In this document: one piece after another, positions 44,521-58,122 of the stretch
Numbering within the stretch: position 1 is the stretch's first letter
Layout: each line of letters opens with the position of its first letter
DNA from: the human T2T-CHM13v2.0 reference genome, Homo sapiens
Reading direction: 5' to 3' (one strand)
Length of the DNA stretch: 64,000 bases
Assembly: GCF_009914755.1 (NCBI RefSeq)
Contig: NC_060926.1
Program-made: the position numbers and the translations under genes
Notes under the pieces: generated by a model
What the model saw: only the letters and a program-made list of their open reading frames with translations
The model's database searches: none
What the model was told of the DNA's origin: nothing

Positions 44521-45653
44521 GTTTGTTTTAGAGCTGTTTATACTTGTACTCACATTCTACAACAGTTCAGTTTTGCTTTCAGAATCCCCAGAGTTTTATA
44601 AACTGAAAGACCAAACTAAAGGGTAGTTACTACTCATCTTTGTGGTGTCTATGGGATTCCTAATCCCATTTAAGGTCCTGTCAGCTGTCTATAATATAAA
44701 TATTGTTTTGTAGCCCCATGCCCAGGATATCCTCAAATGAATATGAGAGGAACTTACTACTCTTCATGTGTAGGGCCTTTACTTTTGACTTGCCCGGCTC
44801 AATTCCTTTATCATAAAATGATGTAACACCTTCTATAGGAGTGTTCTTTGAATATTTCAGTGTTGTGGAAGTCGTCTATGGTTTTTGGAGACTTTGAGGA
44901 CTCCGTGATCTTAAATTTACTCCTAGTAAAGTTGTGTCGATATAGATATTTTTCTTGTGACTTGGAATAATAGTTTATCAATTTCGGAATGCAGCTGAGG
45001 ATTGCGGGTTCTAACATCTGCTGTCATCAGAAAGTATTTCATGATCTCTCCCAGCAGTTGAGGCCAAATTTCTGAACACTTTACTTTTTCCAAATGTATT
45101 TGCTGAATAATGGGTTTGGTTCTTCTTGGAACTTGTAAAGTTACCTCATGGAATGGAAAAAGAAGGTTTTGCCAACAACTGGAACATGTACTTGACTCCG
45201 TAACTATATTCAGCCAAACCATGTTCAGATATTTGTACATGATGTGCTAATCATGTGCCCATTTTGTTATGGAGCGGTTTGGGTTAGTAATATTAACATA
45301 CTCTGTGCCTGAGCAAGGCAGATATTTCAGTTCACATTGAAGGCCTAAATTATTGGATTTTAAAGAATGTTGATCTGATATATTTGATTGCTAGTTATTT
45401 CTTCTGGATGTCTAGGTCATTGTATTTTGTTAGTGTCTTAGTTTTATTTTATTAGCATTTTATATTTTAATATTTCAATTTTGTTATATAGGGATTGTTT
45501 TATAAAAAAATTTAGTTATTAGCATTTTAATTTTCATTGAATGTTGACTTTCATGAAATCTTTTAAACAAATTAAAAGATATGAATATGAATTTCAGAAA
45601 ATGTATAAAAATCGATTTATGCCTTTGTTATAATTTTTTTTAATTTCAGTAAG

Positions 45654-46193
45654 TATAACCGAGCATCTCAGCTTTGAAATGCATTTTAACACTTTTTTTC
45701 TTTAGTCTTAGAATATAGCCTCGAAGTGTACTTTGAAACTCTGTTTTCCTTCTGTTTCCACTAGACACTTCCTTGCACCATGTATGCTTATCTACTATAT
45801 GCTTGCTTAGAAATTCCAGGGGCTAATTTTGAAACAAACCAGGCATGGAGGCCCTGTGGAACCCTCCCACTTGGGGGAGTCATGAACAGTTAGTCCACTA
45901 CCATCAGGCTAAAGTCAAAGTAATGCCAAGTGGACCTCCGGATGGGCAGTTACCCGAGACAGCCATCAGAACAAGACACACAGACCCTGTGCCATTCAAA
46001 CATCTCCTACAGCAAGTTTCCTTTTAAAAACACTATGATAAATTTTAAAACTTAAGATGGGACTTTAGAACACTAGTTCACTATCTTCTCAGTTTGCTGG
46101 CTCTCTGTTTAAAACCTGCTTTCCCTCCCACCAAACTTGGCCTCTTGTGTTTGGCTTTCGAGCAGCAAATAGCCAAACCTGGGTCTGGTTACA
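45654..46193 (+). mobile_element. ERV1 solo LTR (MER66-like), 540 bp, sense to LCLAT1
   Basis: T(a)TAACC...GGTTACA terminal inverted ends; perfect 4-bp TSD TAAG at 45650-45653 and 46194-46197. Subfamily is tentative. Confidence 0.85.
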
Positions 46194-46378
46194 TAAGTAG
46201 GTCTGGGATCTTGATAATGGACCATCTGCAATGTTTGTATCTTCTCATTTGACTCAGTATTCAGTAATTAGAGAATAATTAACAGCTATTTTTTATCAAA
46301 AAAAATTCTGCACTTCTTTCCTTACCTTGTTTATTTCCCTTTAGTTTATGATTTATAATGGTCCATTGTTTTGTTTAG

Positions 46379-46495
46379 AAAACAGCAAGTCTCGAAGTAA
46401 TGCATTTGCTGAAAAAAATGGACTTCAGAAATATGAATATGTTTTACATCCAAGAACTACAGGCTTTACTTTTGTGGTAGACCGTCTAAGAGAAG
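46379..46495 (+). CDS. LCLAT1: LCLAT1 coding exon D (117 nt; ENSKSR...VLHPRTTGF...RLRE), motif IV
   Basis: Acceptor tgtttAG at 46377-46378, donor AAG|gtaagc at 46496. Phase 1-1 and continues the frame. Confidence 0.96.
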
Positions 46496-46728
46496 GTAAG
46501 CACCCATTTCAAAATGTACTTTTTAATAAAAGTGGCAAAAATTGCTAAGCTTTATATATAGCCCTTTAGAGTTTGTAAAGGATTTTTTACTACTTTGTCT
46601 CAAGAAATGAGATATTGTATTTTTATTCCAAGTTGGCCTATGTACTAAAATGTTTTGCCATGTATTTGTTAGAGATATAGAAGAGATCTCTGTAAAAAAT
46701 TCTTTCCCCTTTTTTGGAACAGACATAA

Positions 46729-47125
<397 letters not shown>

Positions 47126-47156
47126 AAAAATGTCTTAAGAGTATCTTGTCACTTAA

Positions 47157-47183
47157 TCCATTTCTCTAGTAATCATGAATAGC

Positions 47184-47203
<20 letters not shown>
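47157..47203 (+). mobile_element. Micro retro-insertion: 27 nt plus poly(A), with TSD
   Basis: Flanked by atcttgtcacttaa (47143-47156) and atcttatcacttaa (47214-47227); A20 run at 47184-47203. Confidence 0.6.
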
Positions 47204-47214
<11 letters not shown>

Positions 47215-48719
47215 TCTTATCACTTAAACTAACCATATGTTTGGCTCTTAGGGTTTGAGAATATATCATTCTCTTACTATTTTAAGCTATAGAGAAATAT
47301 AACGATCTGAAAAATAATTTTACTTTAATTATTTCACTCAGTCCACCAAGTAACTGGTTGGTAGGAAGGCAAGTGCCACTACCTCTACTATTTTATAGTT
47401 AAATAGAACTGGCATCCAGTGCGGTAAGTACATTTTCACAGGTTACTTGAGTCAGGGATAGAACCTTCTTCTGCTTCCTAATTTGTGGCTCATATCACAC
47501 TTCTTTCAAACTGTGTCTATTCAGGGGCATATATGAGCAGAAAGTGATTCCGTTGATGATATCGCACCCATTTAAATGCTTAGGTTTTGATGTAAATAAA
47601 AACCAATTGTACTTTTTAATTATAGTTCTGCATATTTGCAAGTTTATATATTTATACACATTTGTACATACAAATAACACATATATGAAGAAAAGGTAAC
47701 TATTCGGAAACATACTGAAGTGTTAATTTTATAACAGTTCAAAGCCCACAGTCAACTAACAGAAGTGTGTTTGCACATTTCTGCTCTTCACTCTGATTTC
47801 CAGTAAGCCATATTGTGTAATGGTGATCTCTGTGACAAATGTCACCTTCATCTGGTAACTGATATATTTTCATAAAACTGTTGTGCATAACATGAAAAGT
47901 CTTGAACCATTATGTAAGAAAAGGTATGAAGTTCTTTCCCTAAATGGCATCACTGTTGTTCTCTTTAGGATTTAATATACTTTAAGATAAAAAGTATAAC
48001 CTGCCAAGATGAAGCATATTTATAACCAAGTACCCATGATTTAAAGAAAGGTTCACAATCAATTCAAAATCACATGGTATGGTAAACCAAAAATGTTATT
48101 CATATTACTTTGGTTTGCTTTTGCAATTCCGTGATTACAACTAATATAACATGGACTTGTGGACTTGATATTCATGTTGTATGTGATTAGTGAGTGCCCA
48201 TCTACCCGTGGAAGTTCATGGAGAATACAGTTCTTCATGCCTGTGGAATGGGGTGGAGAGGCACGAAGACATTCAAGCAGTGATGCTTTTTTTTTTAATT
48301 TGATACCATTTACTATGGCATGTAACTTAGACTCACCCTTCTCATTCAACAATGTTTTTCTATTTTACAGTATTTAATGATTCCTTTAAAGGTATTTCTG
48401 ACATCATAGAACAATCTATAGAGCTCTCTTTTGAAATCTGGAAAATATTTTAGTAGCAAACTGATTTATAACTTTGGTTAATGTATATTAGTCATCACTC
48501 CAGGCACTAGTCAACAACCACAGTATGTAATTTTTCCTGCCAGTTGTGACAGCTGGTCTCCCCAACATCCCTCCTGTATCAGTAAAAAGAAACATAGATG
48601 ATTCCATTTATTTCAGTTAGAAAACAACAGTTAGATGATTTTATTTGTTAGAAACATAAAATGGGACTTGTATACTATAATAATAAAAATAAAAAATATG
48701 ATGAGGATAACTATAATAG

Positions 48720-48930
48720 TATAGCAGCTAACGTTAACTGAGCATTTACTATGTACCTGGCATTATGCTGTGTGTTTTATGCCTATGATCAATTCATCTT
48801 CACAACAACTGTACATGGTAGTTATAAATATTTATCTCATTGTGCAAAACTGAAGCAGAAATTGAGGTAAAGAACCTCATCAAAATTATTGGAATACAGT
48901 TTGTCTAACTGAATAGCTCTTGTTCTTTCT
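48720..48930 (-). mobile_element. MIR
   Basis: gcagctaacgttaactgagcatttactatgtacctggca...tcttcacaacaac. Confidence 0.75.
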
Positions 48931-50629
48931 ACTGTAACTAGTTGCTGCTTGTATTTATAGTATGATTTTAGTTAACAAAATCTCCAGATCATTAAGCACC
49001 TTTCTAACACTAGTGAGCTGGAATATTTTCTTTAAGAAAGAGTTAAATAGGAAAAGAATTTAAAAAGAGGCTAAATGGCCAGAACACGGAGAGATGGTAG
49101 TCACCAGGCAGGTGGTTGTGATGCTGCCTGAGATAACGGGGGAGCAGAGCAGGAAGAGGCTAAGGAGGCATCAGTTGGGGAGTTGAGGGCAACTCTCATT
49201 TCTGGGGGTTCAAGTGAATAAAGAGAGAAAAAGTTTCATTAGTGATTGGAGGTGAGGAGGATCTTAGAGGTCATCTAGTCCAGAGTTCCTTTTAGAATGG
49301 GAATCTAAGACTCACAAAGGGGCCCAGCCTGGCTTTCTGATTTTTAAGCTCATGTATTATTAAGACTTGAGATCATCATATAGATTTATTTGAGTTTTAG
49401 GTTTGAAATACTTGTTTTTGAATTCAAAGAAAGCAGTTTATATTTCAATCCATACTTAGCTCATATGCTTAAATTCTGAATATAAAGGAATGAAGGATGT
49501 AATCTTTCCACTATTACTCTAGGGGGATACAGGGTTAACCACAAAATAGAAATTAAATTCCCACTAGGTAATTTGGATCAGCACACCTGAACCAAATTCT
49601 TCGGTTTGTATTCAGGGAGAGAGAATTGCTGACTTAACATGCAGGTTACATATATAGTGTCAGTAGTCTTGTTTGTGGGACGCTCATGTTTGTCTACAAT
49701 AGTTCTCATGTGCTCTGAGAAAGTTGATAGCTACCTAGGAAATAAAAGCAATATACCAATCATAGACAGCTTAGTCTTCAGTAGCATTGTTCGACTATTT
49801 TAATTTCTTAGATTTTTGCTTACTGCACAACTAGCTAACAGTCCAGTCTGTCTACTGCCTACAGTGGAGGACTAAAGGTGACCAACAGAAACCCATCTCT
49901 GGCTCACATTGCATTTATAATAGTAAGCCTCTCCCAGGGTGGCATTTCAGTTACCCTTTTGAACAGCCAGCATGTTTTAGGAGGCAAGGAAGAAAGACAG
50001 ACAAATTACTGAAATACTGGGTGCATTATATATCATGCACTCAGACCTTTTCATACAGCCTTTTATTGCTGGAAACTATGAAATTGGATAAGACCTTCCG
50101 TTATGTTAAATAAGATGTGGTTGTACAGTAGACTTTTGACATTTGCTAGAATATTTTCTGAGACAATTTCCATTTCCTCAATTTTGGAAATATTTTTGTA
50201 GATTAGTAGCTGACTTTCTTTTGAGGCCATTTTACAAGGAACATGATAGAGTGCAACAAAACCTAAATGAGATTTGTACACTGATGAGTGGATAAGCACC
50301 TGGATCACCTAAGTGACCTGGTGACCTGCACATCATGAAGCAGAAATTATTCAAATTTGCCTCAGGAGAAGTATGCATGACCGCATGTCAGAGACCTTTG
50401 ATGTCTCTTCATGTTGAATTTTCAAATGCCATGGTATCGCTTTAGACCATAAAGGGAATTCATATTGTTTCTTTGTTCCTTTTAGTCACTGCCCACCTCG
50501 CCCCCTTTCCCTCCAGCGAAAAATCTGAGCTGCTCATTTAGGACAGATCTTCTTGTGTTTAGTGAAAAAAGTCATGATTGCCTTAATGAAAAAGGATAGA
50601 AGCCCTATCTATGTACTTAAAAACAACCA

Positions 50630-50980
50630 TCTAACACTTATCAAGTTCTTCTTATGTACCAGGTATTGAGTTGTGCACGTTTCTTTACCTTGCCCATGCA
50701 GTAGAATCAACCATAGAGCTTTTTAAAAATACAGATACTGAGGTCCAAGCTCAGACCTATTGAATCAATCTGGTGATGGGGACCTAGACTCATAGCTACT
50801 TCTTTCACCATTCATACGTATCCCCTAATTCTCCTACCTAAGCTAGGTGGTAGTTTGCTTTGTGCTGCACCTGTGGAGCCTGGCTCCGTTTAGCAACTTT
50901 CACAGGGTCATACTGCTGCTGAGCAGAGGAACTTTAAACTCAAGTCTTTTTGATTCCAGTGCTCATGTTCTTTCCACTGT
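50630..50980 (-). mobile_element. MIR with nested MER5-like fragment (about 50690-50790)
   Basis: tatgtaccaggtattg...; agaatcaacc..gagctttttaaaaatacagat...agacctattgaatca. Confidence 0.55.
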
Positions 50981-51454
50981 ATAAGAAGCTTACAGTTTTT
51001 CAAATGCTAAAAAAAATTATTCTTTGTAGGTTTTTTTTTTCTATTTCCAAGATTTCTCCCTGATATCCTTGGCTCTACTGTGAGTTCTGTTTAAATGAAA
51101 AAATATATATAAAGGATTTTCTTTTTGTAAGCCTCTTTTATTTTTCTGATTCCTGCCTTTACCAGTTCCTCCTCCATTTCTCTAATCTTTAAAAAAAAAT
51201 GACATTCAAACTATCTGTCCTTTCAAATTGTGATTTCATTCTCTGGCAGAGCCTGGGTTGAAAGAGGAAAAAAAATTGTGGTTCGATCGTTTTCTTTCTT
51301 TTTGCCATCAAATTGCAGAAGTAGCTTGATGACTTGATTTTTCTCAATACTGGTTCATTTTTTATTAAAAATAGATAATAGGTTTTTAATTGTAAAAACA
51401 GAATGTACTTACTGTTAAAAATTGGAAAATTAATAAAGAAGAAACTGTTGTGCA

Positions 51455-52170
51455 AGCCAGAAACCTGGGAGTCATTGTTGGCCCGCCCCCCTCTGCTTTT
51501 CACATGCTGTGAAATCCCAAACAAGGCCTTTTGATTCTACCCCTTAAGGATCTCTCAAATTAATTATTTTCATTCGCAGTGCCATACTGGTCTGGGCCTT
51601 CATTGTATGTTCCCTGAATTATCATACAGCTGCTCAGCTGGACTTTCTAGCTCTGGTCTTGACTTAACCAGTCCTTTCTCCACTTTGTAGCCAGAGAGTC
51701 AAGCCTTTTTCTAAATGAGGGTGGCATCACACTGAGATAGGTATCCAGGTACTGGAGTAAGGTCTCACAGAATTCCAAGGTTAAATCTACTCTAACATGA
51801 TTTACCCAGGCCTCCTATGACCTACCTCTCTGGCTGTATCTCCTGTCTCCCTAGTTGTACCATTTGTTCTAGCCTTACTGAACCACACTTCTTTCCCAGA
51901 TTGCACAGTGTGCTGAGCCTTCCCCACGGTATCCTCTTAAGATGTCACCTTAGATAACAGTTCATCCAGGAAGCCTTCCTGATTTTCTTTGGCTTGGTTG
52001 GGTACCTTGCTTTATATTCCCTATATGAATGCTTTTCCTACTAGCTATATGTAAATTTTTCTTACGATAGTATCACTTGTTTAGTTGTTTATCTTCTTCA
52101 CTGTTTTTTCTCAAGCCTTCAGCACAGGGCCTGGCAAATAATAGATACCCTTCAAATTTTTTGAGCCTAT
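51455..52170 (+). mobile_element. L2 fragment
   Basis: aagccagaaacctgggagtca...tccaggaagccttcctga...agcacagggcctggca. Confidence 0.75.
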
Positions 52171-52261
52171 CAACTAATTGGTCAATGTAATTTTATACCG
52201 TGTTCCAATAAAGATTTAAAATGGCTAACATAAATTTGTATCATATAATAATAGCAGTGCC

Positions 52262-52484
<223 letters not shown>

Positions 52485-53339
52485 AGCAGCACCAAAAGTA
52501 AGAGAAGAAATCAAGGTAAGGGAAAATAGGGGTAAATTTTTTAAAAACTAGATGTGAAGTTACATTACAAAACATGTTATAAGTTTCTACATTTCTTTAT
52601 AATGTGAGTCCAAACATTGTCCCTGAGCTTTCTGTACCTTTTATACAAGGAAACCAAAGTATTATTGACAGTGTTTATAAGATCAAAGCAAGCCAGATGA
52701 TTAGAAGAAGCATTTTTGAAAGACTTGAAATATCTCCCATGGCTCTTCACAAAGAGCACATTGTACATTTCATGACCAAGATCCTGAACAGCATCCTTAT
52801 GGGAAATATAATGAACTTTTTAGAACTACTCCACATAGCCTCATCATGGTTGTCCATGTTGGCTAATGGAATAAACACATTCCATTACATGAGAAAGAGC
52901 AGTCTCATAAAAGCTCAAAACACTCAGACTCTATATGGATTTAGAGTGTCTCAACTCTAAAGGTACGGGTAGACTGCATGTCCTTCAGACGATTCTCCAT
53001 AAAAAGTGTCACTCACTGAGGATTGGATGACAATTAGTTCACACTGAGTTTGATTATTCTTTGTAAGGCATCTGTTCTACAGATACTTTGTGTCATGAAG
53101 CGCTGCAGAGTCAAGAGCTATAGTAGTAAGTGGATCTAGGAGTCAGACTAAGGGAAATTGAAGAGCTTACTGAGATTTCACACATGAATGGAAGGCCTCC
53201 TTCAAAACAGAGGTCTGCCAGCATGTCCTTAGAAAACAATGAGGAGTATGTGTTTTTCGTATCCTCTGCAATGCTTGCACATAGTAAGTGGACCATTGTT
53301 GAAAGCTCAGGTCCTAGTCTGTGTGGCTCTTTTGGTCTT

Positions 53340-53700
53340 GTTTATTGCTGTGACTTCATGCCCTCTCTTCACTCCAGTCATGTGGGACACATGACTGTGT
53401 CTTCTCCCAAACTGTTCCCATTCATCTGGCTAGCTCCCATTGGTTCCTCCAGACAGCTTAAGTGTTTTTTCCACTTCAAACAGTTTTCTGACCTCTCCAG
53501 GTTATTGGAGTTCCCTCTTCTTATTCTCATCATACTCTATACATTTCTGTTAATAACCAGTAGTTTTTTGGTGGCCTTTTTTTTTTGTCCATCTCTCTCA
53601 TTGGACTTGAGCTCCTTTAGGATAGAGATACTGTGCCGTATTTGTTTTTATATCTGAGGTCCTAATACCATGCCAGGAATATTATAGGTACTCAATAAAT
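53340..53700 (+). mobile_element. L2 3' fragment
   Basis: cactccagtca...tgagctcctttaggatagaga...ataggtactcaataaat. Confidence 0.7.
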
Positions 53701-56106
53701 TTATAGTTTGGTACAAATTTTTAAAGATGACCTAATTTTAGCATCTCTCGCATACACACATATGCACATCTGATTAGCAATTCTTCCCACCCCCTTCAGT
53801 CTAGTGATCACACTTACAGATTTTAATTTATATGGAGTCCTTTCATTGCAACAGAGATGAGATTTATGGCAGTGCCAGAGGGCCACCTGAGGCAGATGCA
53901 CAGCAGGTAATAACTATCTTAAGACACTCTCTTCTTTTTTTAACTACCGGAGGATAAAAGAGTACATTTTTTTTCTAGATTATGTATACTACTGGAAGAG
54001 AATTACAGAAACACGTTATTGGTAACTTAAATGAATAAGGTCTTGGCATGTGATCATGTAAAATTCAATATGGAAATGTGGTTCTTAATTAAATGTTTCC
54101 TTTATTTGTATCTCAGTGAGTTTCAGATTCTAATATGGTGTTAAACAGATAGTTATTGCAACCTCGTGTCTCTCTGTACCACTTGACTTCAATAGGAGAA
54201 AAATTTTGCCCTGGGTTTATTATATACTATTTCTCTAACACTAGCCAGCTATAAAAATGCCTACTATTGTGAAAGGTAGGTCCAGGTTATAATTACTGCG
54301 TGTCTTATGGCACCATTAATAAAAAATTTTGAAAATATATGTTCTTTATTAGATGATTATCATTTTCATAGATGAGTGAAAATTATATACAGTTGTATTT
54401 TACTCATGCATAAGGCATGTCTGTGCCTAAATATTGGTGCCCTGTATAATGTTTAATATATTTTTTAAGAATGACACACTGAAAAATGCTGATAACTGTG
54501 ACCTTTACAAAATGTGTTTATTTCAAAATTCAGAATTTTGGAAGCAGCTTTTGTGAGTAAAATTTGTGGAATTGCCTTTGAGTGATGACTTTCGGTAGAC
54601 TTTACACTGACCATAAAGAATATTGTTACATACATTGAAATATTTTTGTCGGTTTCCCATTGGAGGGCAAAAGTGAGAGATAGAAAACAACTTCTGAAGG
54701 TGTGAGTAGCTGTGTCAATACTATTTACTCATTGTGTGGCAGATGGGCACTACATGTTTATGTACTTAGAATCTCGTTTGCAGTAAAATAGAGAAGATAA
54801 GTTTCAGTGAGTATGCAAAATGTATGTAACAATATACTTTACCTTCCTGTTCATATGAAAATCAAAATTCTCAGCAAAGGTGAGATTTTGACCTGAGTCT
54901 AAACCCTGTGGACCTTTGAATCCAGAAATTCATCTTAACAGGAGCTTATGCCTGCCTTTTGGTTTTATATAGTATGCAGTTTCATTGTGAATGTATATGC
55001 TTCTTTTTTGGGTTTGTCCAAAAAAGGTTTACCTTGTTTCTTCTTTATTGTTGACATGTGTCCATTTCATTATTTATAAAGTCTGTGCCTTTTCTTTTAG
55101 CTTTATAGATTTTTTCTTCCTAATTCAAAATATTCTGTCTGCATTTTTCTAATTATTAGAACCTTTTTTTGCATTTTTTCATAGTTGATATTTGTGTTGA
55201 GTATTGCAAAGTAATATTAAAACAGTACTCATTTGCTGGAGTATATGTGTGTACACATGCAAAACCAAATTCATATACCTCACTTGTAAAAAATATGAAA
55301 CTAAATACAGAAATTGTTTACTTATTAATGTTGAAAATTATTTGCATAGCTCTCTAAATGAAAGTAGTTTTCTCCATTTTATTTTGCATAGATTATATTT
55401 TTATATGTTATATAAAATTATATTAATATATCATGTAATAATATTATATATATTTTGTCACATAGGCTCCCTATACATATCTGACTGCTAAAAAGCATGC
55501 AAACTCACCTTGTCATAGAATCTGGGCTGAGCAAAACTAGTCCAGGTTCATTTATCGTAAGTTGGCTACTCGGCACTGCATAAAGTGTAAGACGTTGAAA
55601 GAATGTCAGTAACTTCTAAATCAGCAGCCTTCCCCTAATGAAGTTATGTAGGAGAGTAAAGCTTAAGTGTTCTCAGTGGCTTTCACTCCCTCCACACAAG
55701 AGTATTGCATTCGGCCACATGGGGTAAATTCCAAGGATTATCCTACTTGGTAAGATTACTGATGTTGAGAATCTATCAGAAGTGCATATGTACACAAAAT
55801 GCATATTTTTAAGTGTTTTATTTTGTGGTAATTAATAACTTAATCCACATAATTTCATTGTGGTTCACTCATCTCTTTTTCATAGGAAATGGTACTTAAA
55901 AGGGAAATTAAAATGAAACTGCTGATTTACATTTGTTTCTCAATTTTTGTTTTATGAAGTACCTTTTCCAGTGATAGTCTGATTTGATTATAATACACTA
56001 ACAGACAGTAATCTACAATGTGTTGCATCTTTTCATTTTAATATTTTTCCTTGGGGAAAAAATCACTGTCTTTACTCTCTTGACAGCTAGCTTCATATTT
56101 GTGCTA

Positions 56107-56127
56107 TTCTTCTTCTTCTTCTTCTTC
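56107..56127 (+). repeat. (TTC)7
   Basis: Counted directly. Confidence 0.9.
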
Positions 56128-57317
56128 TTTGTCTTTGACCATGGCCATTATCTCTGTTGTTCATGCTACCTGCCTGATTTTGATGGCCGAAATATTTTTC
56201 ACTAAGAAATATCTGAGTATTGTTAAGTAAACATCTGTCTGTGATTCCTTATTATTTACTATATATAACATTTTTAAATAATCTACATACACTACATGGG
56301 TATTTGTAAACTTTTAAACACTTTGCCTTTTTGAAAGTGTGAGGCTGCCACACAATTTCTTAGACATTAAATGTGAGAAATTTATGTAGATAGTTGTTTG
56401 TCTTATCTCTAGGTTCACAGCCACTTTCTTTGAAGTGACAGATTTCCTCTCCAAAATCTTTGAGTGCTTTGGATTAATTTTGCATTGTATAAATGTAGTC
56501 TGAAAATAATTTGGGGTTCCATGTAGAAATTCTGATAACTTGTGAGACTGCATTACCAAAGTTTTAAATTCCTATTGTATATTCATAGTTTATTTATGAC
56601 TTAGATCTTCCTTGTTTTGTCATAGAATTTTAAATGGCCTTTAGGAGAAGATAATAAGTGAAATGTGGCCCAGTGTGCCAAAGTCAGGTAATAAAGTATG
56701 TGTGTGCATAGGGCTTGAAGGGAAGGCATGTTAGCCAAGCTGAGGAAAGCTGCTCCTAGTCAAACATGAGCCTTAGCACTGATCTCCTTAGAAGTTAAGG
56801 CAAAACGGTCTTTCCTGTATTTTTCTCATTGCATTAAGTTCTTGGTGACTTACAGTGGTAATGAGCTAACTTAAAGTAGAAGAAGTGTTAGTCAGTGCCT
56901 TTTCTAGGCACAGTTGTCACTCATTGGTAGCAGATCTACGTTCAGTTAACCAGCACCTCTCAAAGCTAAAAAACAAATTCCTATTTTTGCGGACTGATCT
57001 TAGATGTCATTATTATAGAAGATCTACCAACTTGACCATGATATGTTTCAGAAGAGGAACTTCATACTGTTCCTTATGTGAGTACATGGAAATTACTCAT
57101 AATCTGTAATCCATAGTGCCTAAAAAGAATTGAACACTTTTTTTCTAGCTTATAAGATTTACTTGTTTTCATTCACATTAGTGTCTTAATGACCACAACA
57201 AGTTCATAATGTTAAATCCAAATGAAGTTACCAAATAATTTACCAATTAATTTTAGTTATGGAAATTATTAATAACCTTTTGGATCAGTAAAAAGCATCT
57301 TTACCATGTTGGTTCCA

Positions 57318-57397
57318 TTATTCATTCATTCATATTTATTTTTTATTTATTTACTTAAATTCATTAGAAAGGGTCTCTGTTGCCACGGCACCTGGCC
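57318..57397 (-). mobile_element. Collapsed Alu (both termini joined, interior deleted)
   Basis: (TTTA/TTCA)n tail + agggtctctgttgcc + acggcacctggcc, flanked by gttcc/gttcc. Confidence 0.6.
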
Positions 57398-58122
57398 TGT
57401 TCCTTTTGTAATTCAAGGAGACAGTAGCCATTCTTATATGCCTAGATTAGTTTTAATGAAGGCTTATATTTTAAAACTTTAGGGATGGACATTGGTAAGA
57501 ACTGAAATTAAGAAAGACTTGACAGGAAATACTGTGACTTTTGTTTAGACTTGATAGATTAATAGAGTTTAGGCAAAGGAGAAACATGTTACGAGAAGCT
57601 TGCCCTGTACATATTATCTTTAAAGCTGTATACATTAAAGGTGTTTATATTTAAGTATTTTTAAGAAAATGTCTTTGTCGTAAATGCATATAATCTGAAT
57701 CTTCTGTAAGTCCTATGTGTTGTAGTTAATATCATGTGATTAAGGCATACTAGTGACAGTATCAGAATAAAAATGTATAACAAACACATCCTTATGCATA
57801 AATTTGGGAGGTTAGTATATGATCCGGTGTCACAGAAACAGCATACAAGTGCAGAGTAGAAAACAGTTGTGGTGGCTGGCAGAGTAAGAGAATTTAGGGA
57901 ATAGGACTTTGAATTTGATCTGGAGGAATGGCAGGATTTGAATTGGTAAAGAAATTGGGAGAGTGTAGTCAGGGTTACTCAGCAGTGGAGACCAGCCTTT
58001 TTATGTGGCAAGAACTAAGTTAGAGAAGTAGTCTTAGTTGTCATGAAGTCTCACTTCTAACAAACTGTATAGAAAAGAAAGGGAATTAGAAAGAGTGGGA
58101 ACTGTGAAAGTTCTAGTATTTA

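Noticed and set aside
47530-47620. Possible C/D snoRNA (TTGATGA)
   Set aside because: No properly placed CTGA D box or terminal stem.
48141-48190. 12-bp RNA hairpin (atataacatgga / ttcatgttgtat)
   Set aside because: AT-rich with two G-U pairs and too short for a pre-miRNA; expected by chance.
53130-53657. Longest ORF in the track (175 aa)
   Set aside because: GTG start, overlaps an L2 relic, low-complexity composition and no recognisable domain.
55466-55556. Possible 91-nt cryptic exon (catAG...ATC|GTAAGT)
   Set aside because: Modest acceptor and no additional supporting feature; such site pairs are common in long introns.
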